Translations under genes and position numbers: made by a program
In this document: piece by piece, positions 23,301 through 35,300 of the stretch
Numbering within the stretch: position 1 is the first letter of the stretch
Layout: each line of letters starts with the position of its first letter
Notes under the pieces: model-generated
Database searches by the model: none
Told to the model about the DNA's origin: nothing
What the model saw: the letters and a program-made list of their open reading frames with translations, nothing else
NCBI RefSeq assembly: GCF_032191835.1
Contig: NC_083231.1
Span: 36,394,001 to 36,458,000, forward strand
Reading direction: 5' to 3'
Length of the DNA: 64,000 nucleotides
Origin: Heteronotia binoei
Lineage: Eukaryota

Positions 23301-26300
23301 TGTTTTCTATAAAGGGTCAATAGCTCTTTAACCTGCACCACATTACATCTAGGTTGACTGGAGCTTGAAAATAGGAACTCCCCAGCCTATGTTGCTTGTC
23401 AAAGGCAATGAAGTGTAATCAGGAAGGCTACAGCAACAGGGAGATGTGTTAAAAAGTACTTTTCTGAGAGACAGGAGAGGCTGTTGATGCTGAAGTGGGA
23501 TAGGATGTGTGGTGATGGAATACTCCAGTGGGACTTAAAAACAAACGAACAGATGGTTTAAAAAGTTGTCAGGATAGCCTGGGTGAGTTGAAGAAGGACT
23601 TGGCAACTGGTGACAGGTCAGATCAATTGCTGCAGCTGGATCACTAAATTCTTGAAGTTTTCTTTCCTTAAAAGTCTATTTATTTAGATACTTATTCTTT
23701 ATTTCTAGGATTAGGTTTATGAGGTATTAGAACAAAATAGGAGTCAATTTCACCTTTAAGACCAACTTAGTTTTATTCCGAACGTAAGCTTTCATGTGCA
23801 TGCACACTTCTTCAGATGAGGAAACCTAGAAACCTGATGAACTAGCTGAAGAGGCACACCCCCATCCAACAACAGGTAACCAATCAGAGTCCAGGGAAAA
23901 GCTCTCTTCTTTGGCCTTCCACGGAGACACATATTTCTGCATGTCTCTCCTGTTGGTACAATGCCCATACACCTGATGCCAAATCAACTGGCCATTTCTA
24001 ATAGGGAAAGTACTCTTTGGATTAGGCCCCTGTCTCTTCTTTTGACTGCGACCTGACTGTGAACAGATCTGCTTGAATAGAGTGGAGTAAAAGGACGGCT
24101 TGGAGGAGGATGCCCCCATCCCAGCACTGCCACGTTGAAAGGAAATTGACCCCTCCCCTTCTTCTGCAGTCAGTCGCATCCTCTTCATAGCTCCAGATCT
24201 CTAACGGGTTTGAAGGAGCTTTTCCCTGGACTCTGATTGGCTACCTGTTGTTGGAGGGGGTGTGTCTCTTCAGCTAGTTTGTCAGGTTTCTGGGTTTCCT
24301 CGTCTGAAGAAGTGTGCATGCACACGAAAGTTTACGTTCTGAATAAAACTAAGTTGGTCTTAAAGGTGCAATTGACTCCTATTTTGTTCTACTTCTGACC
24401 AACACGACTGCCTATTTGGGTTTATGAGGTATGACACCAATATAATAATAATACGCACACCCGTTCGCACAATCAAATTATACATGTTAAAAAGGTGGAC
24501 TACAATTGCTATCCCTTTTGCCAAGGGATGTGGCAATGACAAGGGACAGGATCTTAAATTAAGGTTAACAAAGCACTTAATGCCCAACCTGAGAATCAAC
24601 ACATACTAACAGAGTGACTTGGAGGGTTAATTTACCCTATTTATAGTGCACTAGAATGCAGAGTAAGTACAAAGAAGTAGGTATATATTCAGGGAACTGA
24701 GTAAAGAAGCCATCTCTGCTTCTTCTACTTGCCTGGAAAGACCCTGGCTGAGACTACCATTACTTGATGGCACATATGTATGAAATCAGGCGGCACACAT
24801 GTAGGTTACAAAATCATCATGTATCTTTATCCCAAGAAGTAGTCCATAAAGTACTGAATTTCTGAGGAGGTGTACTAGAATGAAGGCCTGAGAACAGTCT
24901 GCTTTGTCATTGCATCAGTTGAGATCACTGTGGGGCATAAATTTAATATCTAGCAACAGGGACTTTAGCAGTGGCTATGGAGTGGAGAGGGGGGGGATAG
25001 CAGGTGTATTGGAGTGTGTACAAGTTCTCTGGTCTACCTGATGTCATTAAAGAGTTAACCTGTGTGTTTGTCTATGCTAATTGTTAGTTAGATAGGTAGG
25101 ACCTATGGGGCATCAAGTAGAAGTTCCTGTTTTAGAAGGGAAGGTCTTATGCATAATGACCTGACATTTAGCCTGGTCATTGGTTAATTTGTAATTGGGA
25201 GGTATTACCTGAGTTTTGTCATGTAGGCATTTTGGTTTTTCTTCTTCCTTCCTTTGTTCAGAGTTCAGTGTGTGTGTGTATAGTCAAGGTCTCCATCTTG
25301 TTAGGGAGAAGTACCGTAGTTTAGTCAGCTAAACTGTTAGATTAGTCCAGTAGATAGAAGGCCTTCATAACAGCTGTCCTTTACAATCCAGCTGCAGCCA
25401 ATTAGTTCTGCTTCTCCAGCAGGATTGTGAGAAAGTCTTTAGGAGGCAATGATGAAAAATGTCTAACCTTTTCAGCAAAAGGTCACATCTACCTAATGAT
25501 TTAGCAGTCCTTGAAGGTTATTTTTAATTTTTTTAAAAACCCATTTAATTGTGATTTCAGATTTAGATGTTATTGCTATAGTACAGGGGTGGCCAACAGT
25601 AGCTCTCCAGATGTTTTTTGCCTACAACTCCCATCAGCCCCAGCCATTGGCCATGCTGGCTGGGGCTGATGGGAGTTGTAGGCAAAAAACATCTGGAGAG
25701 CTACTGTTGGCCACCCCTGCTATAGTATCATTCTTTTTAGGATTTTACTATTTTTGGTGTCTGTCATTCTATGAGAGGATTTTTTAAAAATAGATATTAT
25801 ACAATGCCTTGAGTGCTTTCAGAAGAGAAGCCATCCATAAATAAAATATAGGTTTTAAGGTGGCAATAAAAATTATTTGTAAGAGATTCTAAAGTTTATA
25901 CCACCTTGAGCTTGAGCACCCAAACTGATTTTTGCTTTCTATTTCACAAACTCATCAATCACAACAAAGGACTGCATCACATTCACATGTTACATACATT
26001 TGCTGTGCAGCAAAACTACAGTTAAAATATATGAACTTTTAAACATCTAAAAAGCATTTGTGGTGCGGCTGCTTCACAAACTTCCTCACATCCTTCAAAC
26101 TAAACTTACCAAGGTGGATCTACCCCTATCTTACCACTCTATTGAGCAAAGTTTATTTCTACCCCACATTTTATTTTGGTCAAGTCTGAAGCCTCTTTCT
26201 AATCTAAGGAGACCTCTTCCATTGGAGGAACAGCCACTTAAGATGGAGGAAGACTACTTGGGGGATATTCCACCTTTTCTTCTCCAGAGTTGAACCTGGG

Positions 26301-29300
26301 AGGGATAATCCCCCAGTATGTCTGCAAGTCACATCTCTTACCCCACCAATTCCTTGTAGCAAATTATGTTTTTTTCCCAATGTTAATCTAGTTCAGGGGT
26401 GACTAAACATGCTTAATATAAGAGCCACATAGTATAAACGTCAGAGGTTTGAGAGCCACAAGATGGCAGGCAGGCAGGAAGGAAAATAGATGGGGATAGT
26501 AAGGGTGGGAGAGGTGAAAAGAAAGCAACTTTAAGTTTAAATGCATTCTCCAAGCTGTCAACTGGCTTGGCTTGGAGAAGTTATTTAAAGAGACAAATGC
26601 CTTCTCCAAGCTGGCTGATGGGATGGTGGGGGCTTTGAGAGCCACACAGTATGTGTGAAAGAGCTACATGTGGCTCCCGAGCTCCAGTTTGGCCATCCCT
26701 GATCTAGTGTTTAACTCAATGGATGTAAAGCTGGAATAGACTTGTGAATCTAGGAGTAAGCCAGATTCACATTAGGATTGAAAACCCTTTTGTGACATCT
26801 CTATATGAAAAGGCCTTCCTTCAAAGTTAATATAACTTGAACTTTTCTTCAGTTGCTTTAGAAAGTCCTAACAATGGTTGATGAGAACAGATTACCTTTT
26901 CCTGGGAAACACATAAACAAACTCCAGCAACGCAAGTTCTTCAAAACTGCATTTTTACCTTCGTTCCTTTAGCTGCTTCTTTTGCAAAGTCTGAGTAACA
27001 TTCATTATCTAGTATTCTTATAGGAATAGTATCTATGCTTTCACTGAGCTTTGAAAACAGAAAAAAAAATATTATTGCTAAATATTTCTGAGCAGACAGA
27101 ATATAAAGTAACCCCTTTACCTTCCAGGTCGCCATTGCGAGGTCCATCAAATGATTGGCAACTACATGTGGGACACAACCACCAACATGTCTTTTGATAT
27201 TGGTGTGAATCAAGAGAGCCTGTTGCCTCTTTGGTGGAATGGGTCAGAGCCACTATGGGTCACAATGATGAAAGCAAAGCGGAAAGTCTTCATGTACTAT
27301 TGGCCTGGTGAGTATCATGGGATCCCAAGCCTCTTACTTGTCAGCACTACATTGTATTATTTTTAATCTAATAGAGCATACATGGCATGGAGTGCTTATC
27401 AACTCTTCAGCAGGTAAGAGGAGGTGACAATGTATAACAGAATACACGTTTCTGCCTTATACTGAACCAGACCTTTGGGCCATCAAGGCCAGTATTGTCT
27501 ACTCAGACTGGCAGCAGATCTCTGTAGGGCTGACAAGCCCTCAGGCTGGGCAGGGATTCTCCCACTCTGGAGATTCCCAACCCGCCGGCCCACCGGTGCA
27601 ATAACGTCACTCGGAAGTGACGTCATTGTACTGGCAACGCCACACACTGGCTGCTCTAAACGTTTCAGGGGAAACTCTATGGTTTTCCTGGATGCTCTAT
27701 CAATTTGGGAGGGAAAACTCTATGGATACCGGAGGTCGCGGGGAACTTGGCAACTCTAGATCTCCATGGTCTCAGGCAGAGGTCTTTCACAACACCTACT
27801 GCCCAGCCCTTTTTAACTGGAGATGCTGGGAATTGAACCTGGGACCTTCTGCATTCCAAGCAGATGCTCCTCCCCAAGCCTCTCTTTCCCAAACAGCTGA
27901 TTGAAGGGACTGCAGTTTAAAAAAAAAACCCAAACCAACCATAGCTTAGAGCTTCAGTAGGTGCATCAGGGAGGGAACTGCTTGCATACCATTTGTTCAT
28001 GTGCACCATTTCTTATTGGTAGGTATAGTGCTTTGCTGGACTGGAACATTTAAACAAAATCTTCTTTAGTCACCTATATATGCCAAAACCACATACTCAT
28101 ATGCAAAAGTTCAACCATTCATTTTTTTAGGTTTAAAGACCTAGAACTGCAGGCCCTTGCTGAACTACAAACCACTCTCTGTGAGGGGCAACTGGGTTTA
28201 GTGTAGGAACTACTGAACATGAAATAGGAAACAAAGCTCTGAAATATGCCCAGAACAGTAAACTTTCCTTGTACAAAAACAGTGCCATGTTAATACTGGT
28301 TTTGTACATGCATTAGATTGCTATGCACATCTCTCACATTACTTGTGTGGCTACATGCACAGAGCCAACAGCAGCTCTATGGGGCAATTTGCAGTTGTGA
28401 AAACAGCTCCATGAGGGAGAGAACTAAAGCCACTTTGGTCACAAACAGAAAAGATCTGGTATCTGCCATCACATGTGTAATGCAAAGTCTTTGTGTTACT
28501 CCCAACAAATCCAAGGACTTTGTAATATGTAGATGTAACCTAAAAGTATAGATGGAGCCCCAAATCCATCAAAATATGCCTTTAAGTTAGAAAAATTCCA
28601 AAACAATAGTATGTTAAAATGGTTTGGATCCCACGGAGGGTTTTACACATGGAAGAGATCTCCCTCCATGGAGGATGACTTCCTTGCCTCCCCCATCCTG
28701 TAGCACCATGTCATCCCCCACCCACAACATCTCCCAGAATAGCACAAGGGGCAAGTTAGACATCTGCAGCAGAAGAGAAGAATCTCTGATAATTGCCTTC
28801 TGCTTGAAGAAATCCTCCATGGGATCCAAGCCCTCATCTGTCCAAATAATTATCTCTGGGAAAGGTACTTATTTCAGTGGCTAAACTATCCTATCCCAAG
28901 AACTCAGGCTGGGAACAATATTATTAATAATTACCTGATTAAAAACAAGAAGACAAAACGATGATTAAGATATGAAATACTTTGTATCAAGTTTAATTAA
29001 ATTCCCTCTGAATTAAAAGCACCTTCTTCAAGAAAATGCTGAAATCTTGTTTCCCACAGTGGCCACTGCCAGTAGTGCCTTAAAAGATGAAATGCAGGGT
29101 ACAGACTAAAGTCCTCCTGTGTTTTTGCCACCCAATATGCCTACAGTGGCTTTCTAATTCACTCCAGAGAGTTACCCATCTGCTGCTCTCTCCTAGAAGT
29201 ATCCATGTTTGATCCAGAACAATCTCTGGCTAATTATAGCAGGAGGTGGAGAATACCATGTCATGTCATGGGGACATGGTCCTTGCTCCTTCGAGTCCCA

Positions 29301-32300
29301 ACCCACGGTCTGAACTGGTATGGTAAATTGGTATGGTAACTGGTAAATTGTTAAATTGTTAAAAATTAAAGTGATTTAAATTTGATTTATTTTTGCATTT
29401 ATTTTGATTGATTGATTTATTTTTGCTAGGCTGAGAGTGCGAAAGTGATTTTGCCCCAAGTACTTTCTCTCTGCACGTGCTATGCGGCTTCTTCGTTTAG
29501 CTGTCGAGAATTCATGTCTTTGGCTGCGCGGTCCTGATGAGGCCTCTCACACCTGATGAGAGGTCCTGATGAGGCCTCTCACACCTTTGCATATCTATTG
29601 ACTGATTATTTTGTTACTTGTGTCTGATTTTCATTTAGCTTTGGTATTGCAACGTTTCGTGCAAAGTGACTGCACGTCTGATCTAAGGTTTGTTCCTGAG
29701 CCTGTTGGAAGACAGATAATAGGGGATACCGTGTATCAAAAGAAGAAAGGTTAGGATGGTGTTCACCTGTGGGATAAAGTCAGAAACTGGCATGCTGATA
29801 ACTGTAGCATATAGCATATATGCATGATTTTTTTAGAGATTGCTAGGTTCTGATACTTGGTTTATGTATATTTTGAGCATAATCTTTCAGGAGCTCTGCA
29901 GATCCCCAGAGCTTCTGAACTCCTTCTAATTAACTGTTCATAATTAGCATGGGTGCTAGAGATTGAAGTTAGATTTCTAATACAGCTTGTGTATTAGAAA
30001 TAGTCTAATAGTGAAAAACTTTGAGAAGTCTGGCCCTCATTATTGTGAGAAAAACTTGCAAAACAGAATATTTGTTAAAGCTTGGAAGCTTCAGGTCTTG
30101 GTGCTGCTTGTGTTGCAAAGGGAGATTAATTTACATGCTTACAGGTCCCTGTCTTTCATCCACCACTCCTGCTCTGGTATGGTCACAGGCCTCTGTGTCG
30201 CATGTGCCTAATATACATAGGGAAGGGTCGGTGGCTCAGTGGTAGAACATCTGCTTGGTAAGCAGAAGGTCCCAGGTTCAATCCCCGGCATCTCCAAAAA
30301 AGGGTCCAGGCAAAAAGGTGTGAAAAACCTCAGCTTGAGACCCTGGAGAGCCGCTGCCAGTCTGAGTAGACAATACTGACTTTGATGGACCAAGGGTCTG
30401 ATTCAGTATAAGGCAGCTTCATATGTTCATATGTTCAGATGCTTGTCTACAATCTGATCTACTTTTTTGGGTGTGTCTTTGGTGAGAACTAGGTGTATTT
30501 GATTTTAAATGTTTGCACCGCTATCTATTCCTGCAAAGCCATGGCAACATAAACATTTGGTAAAACCTTCTTGAAAATCTAAAGGTCACTTAAAATGTAT
30601 GACAAACAGATATACGAGTTTGGATCACAGATATTCTAATCATGCAACAGAGCTTATTTTTTATTGGAACAAAATAGGGATGAAAATTTATCTCCCTCTT
30701 TTAAACTTGATGATATGGTATGGCTTCATGGCCACATCTTTAACATTAGTGAAAATTTAAAACAAACACAAATTTCATTTTCCCCTCACTCAAGACGTTT
30801 CTCAGACCTCCTAAGAAGAACTGGACAGCTTTCAAAGATTTATTATGGCATTCAGTATCTAACTGTGAAGTCAGTGTTTAGATATGCAAAAGCCAGAAGT
30901 TAAGGTCTCAGTGTCAAACATATAATCTGGAAAACCATACATTTCACAGAGAGAAAGAGGAAGGGTAAATAGAATACCCATTGATTCTGCATACCAAAAT
31001 GATTAACGTTATAACCAGAAAGCTGGTATAATACAAATGGCATAACTTAGAGATTCAAATGATATAAATATTAAATTATCCTTACTTTCAGGAAAATCAC
31101 CATTTAGTCAACAAACAAAAAGGAATTGAAAGTGGTGTCAGAAGTCATAGTTGCCAAGGTCTTCAAGAAGTCCTCACCATCTCTTTTCACAGGTTTTGCA
31201 GGGGGTTTTTTTGTTGTTGCTGTGCTTAAGAACCTTTTTTTTTCAAATTTAAATTTTTATTGTAAAAATGTACTTCACACATACATCATACATTATCAAC
31301 ATAACCACAAACTTAAACTAACCTGCTAAGCATACAAATCTATGTTATTAATAATAAACAAAGTTTATATATTTCTCTGGACGCTTACACAAAGTATTTT
31401 GATGGTTTTGTACAAAATCAAAGAAAGGAAACCATTTTTACATAAAATTGTTAGCTTCAGAATTAACATTTGCCTGCTGCAAGTTGTATGCAATTTTATC
31501 CATTGTAATTATGTCCCAAATCTTCAGGAAGCATTGCCGTTTAGATGGCAAAGATGTGGATTTCCAGTATTGAACAATTAACATTTTTGCTGCTAGTAAA
31601 AGCATCGTTGTTAATTCAGATCTGTTTTGGAACTTCATTAGGCGACCATAGATTTAATAAAATAGATTCAGGAGTAAGAGGAATATTATGGTTAATAATT
31701 TGCTCGATTGTTGGTATAATTAGTTTCCAAAATTTCAAAATCAAAGAGCATTCCCACCAACAGTGGATAAATGATCCAGTCTTATTATATTCATGCCTCC
31801 TGCGATTGTCTTCTTGGGACAAGTCTGGTTCCCAGCAGCAAAATCTACTTCTGAATTTCAAGATTGGAGACAAAAAGGTGTTTTTAGATTTAAACATTTA
31901 AACCTCAACAGTTTAATGAGAACTAATAAAAACTTAGAAAGAAAATACCAACTTATAGCTACTTGGATTCAATATCGCCAAGTTCATCACTTACTACACA
32001 GCGCAAATATCTTATCTCAAATTAACAGGCCGTTAAATGCATTTGAGGAAGCTATGACTGCTTCAGAATTTAAGAACCTTTTTGACCATAGGTAACAGTG
32101 ACACAAAATTGAATAAACAGGGAATGAATAGCATGTCTATCATACCACTGTGGGGCAGGGTAACCTTAGGTGGCTGCTGTATAGGGTGATTTCCTATTTT
32201 TGATGGCTTCTTGATTTCTACAGTTAATATACCTAATTCTCAATATTGCCAAATCTGAGGATACTTAAATCTGGAGACTAGAGCCATGAACTGACAAGAC

Positions 32301-35300
32301 AGATCTTTCTACAAACCTGAAAAAGGCCCTGAAAACATGAAAAAGAAAATCATTGGTGGTTACCCCCACCCCCACAATGTAAGCTGTACCTGTTGTTTAA
32401 GAAATAAATACCTTTTTAGTGACTTTTGTGTGGCTTGCAAGGCAACCACCACAGTATTGCCAGCCTTCAAGCCTTGGTTTCTGTCCATAATAGGCAGAGG
32501 GAGGGGGCAGAGCATTTGCAAGGCTGTTTTGGCAACCACCCGGTGACTTGCTACCACCAGAGCTGTATGACTCATCCAGGCCTGCTATTGTTCAGTAGCA
32601 GCCACCCGTTAAAGTCACTGTAGTTCCAGACTAGGATTTGGGTGACCCACATTCAAATCCATAGTTTGCTATAGAAGCTCACTAGCCTATTCACACAGTA
32701 GCAGCCTAACTTACCTCACAGGGTTGTTGTGAAGATAAAATGGAGCAGAGGAGAATAATATAAGATGCTTTGGGTCCCCATGATCGAGAAAGGCAGAGTA
32801 TACATGAAGTAAATAAATATAGCAAAATATAGGGGGCAAATAAAAAGTAGATTGTTGGTGGGTGGGAAGGAGAAAAGGAAGCAGAGTAAGGTGTGAATAC
32901 GGGGGATACCAGGGCAAGGAAAGAGGAAATAGTGAGGGGAGAGGGATATATAAAAGTAGGTTGACTAGTAGGTGGGAAGCAGAGAAGGAATCAGGAAATG
33001 GGGAGAGGCATAGGGGGCTTTTAGGGATGGAAATAGTGGAGGAGAGTAAAAGAAGATGCCCCTTGCATAGGGTTGCCAAGTCCAATCCCAGAAATATCTG
33101 GGGACTTTGGGGGTGGAGCCAGGAGACTTTGGGGGTTGAGCCAGGAGACACTGGGGTGGAGCTGGGGGGAGGGGGGAAAAGGGTGCCAGGGAGCGTGGCG
33201 AGCCGCCCCGTCTCGGAGCGGGCGACACCGCTGCACAGCTGCCGCCTCTTCTCCGCTCGCCGTGGCTGCTCCTCCGAGATGGGCTCAGGATTCACGGCTC
33301 ACCATGCTCCTGGCCTGCCTCCGCCCTCCCCTGGTTTTGCCTGCGCTGCTGCCGCCTCTTGGCTGCTCCTCCGAGATGGGCTCAGCCTCGGAGGAGCAGC
33401 TGCAGTGGGCGGGGAGGGGGAGGCGGCGGCACGGGGGCCTCGCCCACTCCGGGATGGGGCAGCTCGCCATGCTCCCCGGCGCCGTTTCCTCCCCCCGCTT
33501 CCGTTTTTTTGGGGAGCGGGGGAAGAGGGTGGAAATTCTGGGGTCCCCCGCCAGGGCGGGAGGGTTGGGAAGCCTACCCTTGCATGTTGTTGTGGGTTAT
33601 CCACTTGTATATTTTCATTGTAAGCCTCCTCAAGTAGGACTTTGAAGGACCAGCATAGAAATTTTATAAGTAAATAATAAATACATAAAGTGAATTCTTT
33701 CTGAATGCAAAGCCATTAGCGGTGGCAGTGAAGTCTCTGCATGGGCCAGTCCCCATTCTGTCCCCTCCCACTCACCATCCCTCTACCCCCTGTGTAGGGT
33801 TGCCAGTCTCCTGGTGGGGCCTGGAGATCTCCAGCTGGCAAAGATCAGCTCCCCTGGAGAAAATGGCTGCTTTGAAGGGGGGGCTCCATGGCATTATACC
33901 ATGCTGAGGCCTCTCCCCTCCTCAAACCCTGCCCTCTCCTGGATCCACCCCCAAAGTCTCCAGGTGTTTTCCAACCCAGACCTGGCAATCCTACCTGTGG
34001 GTTTGTTTTGTTGTTGTTTTGCATTTTGTAAAAAATCTGTAGTTTGTGATCCAAAGAAGGCTAATGAAGGGTTGCCAAGCCTGGGTTGGGAAACTCCTGA
34101 CTATCTGGGGTTGGTTTAGGGAGGAAAGGGGCCTCAGTGAGGTATAATGCTATACAGTCTCTCCTCCAAAGGAACCATCCCTCCTTCCAAAAAACTGATT
34201 TCTGTAGTCAGGATATCTCTTGCAGTTTCAGGCCACAACTGGAGGCTGGCAATCCTCAGCAAATGGCAAGCCTATTCTAGGGATTTGTTGAGACCCGCTC
34301 GAGAGAGGGAATAAGGTGGTCTTCAACAGGTATTTTAATCTATTGCTCCCGATTCTTGGGGAAAAGAAACTAGAGTGAGCCTCAGTCACACAAAGACTTT
34401 TTAACTTCATGGAAATTACTTGAAGGTTGTCGGGTTGTGCACATGCCACTTTAGAATCTTGCAGACACCCTGGAGGCTAAAGCTGGAAGTGCCTTTCCAC
34501 ACAATGCAAACTAATATGACAATGTACACCTGCAGATCAGATTACCTTTCACAAGATGACATCAATTAGAAAAACATCACACTCAATTTATTTTAAATAC
34601 CTATATCCTGTCACATTTAATCAGTGGTTCTTGATATGCAATGTTAACAGTGTTCTAAATTTCCCAGAAGATGTATTTTCTGAGTTTCCCAGTAAATAAT
34701 ATACTACTTTGGAAAGCCTACAATTTCTCACAATGATTCAGCATTCCTTGAGTGTTAATTCTCAAAGGTGGAGCTGAGTGTTCAGACAGACAATATGTGG
34801 GGAGTTCTGGGTGCGGAACTCACACCATTTTAAAAAACTCACAAGGCGGGCAGGGTCCTGTGTCCACAAGGCAATGTAAAGCAATATTAAACCCATTCTC
34901 CAGCACTGTTTTCACAATCAAAAATGGCCCTGGTAAACCCCCATTTACTCCACTGGGGAAACTTGCATTGTGTTAGAAAAACTGTTTAATTTTAAGTGAT
35001 AATATCTCTTTATCTAGTTTAAGAGAACTCTATAAGGTTCTTTCATCCCTCTCTGTATATTTCCATTTTGGGATTATTTAAGGCAATCTATCACAGCACT
35101 AAGCTTTCAGGGCTCCTGGGCGATTCAAAACTAAATGGCTTAGTTGTGTGTATTAATATTTAATATACTATATATTCATATTAAAACACAGCTTTTCCTG
35201 TGTTCAGAGCCAATGCGTCCCTTTAGTAATTGCTGCCACAGATTTCTAGGACTCCAAACACTCTATTTTGCTGCAAAGGGCTCAAGGTGACAGAAAGATA

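Larger units (their letters stand above)
23728..24410. mobile_element. Penelope-like element remnant: inverted pLTR pair (23728-23904 and 24216-24391) around a spacer of about 310 bp
   Basis: About 176-bp inverted arms containing ctgaagaagtgtgcatgcacacgaaag...aataaaactaagttggtcttaaaggtgc, the characteristic pLTR/hammerhead signature of reptile PLEs. Confidence 0.85.

Noticed and set aside
29430-29590. Hammerhead ribozyme built from CTGATGAG x3 plus upstream CGAAAGT...ACTTTC
   Set aside because: There is no GAAA downstream at a workable distance, and in the permuted arrangement stem I cannot pair (C next to the core faces U). The minus-strand CGAAAC has no partner CUGANGA.
30221-30300. tRNA gene
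   Set aside because: The tRNA-like head is followed by a SINE body and tail shared with several other copies in the window; it is a SINE, not a tRNA.
32711-33645. Long overlapping ORFs (182-253 aa) in both directions
   Set aside because: They arise from a GC-rich MITE with few stop codons; low-complexity Pro/Gly/Arg translations with no domain.
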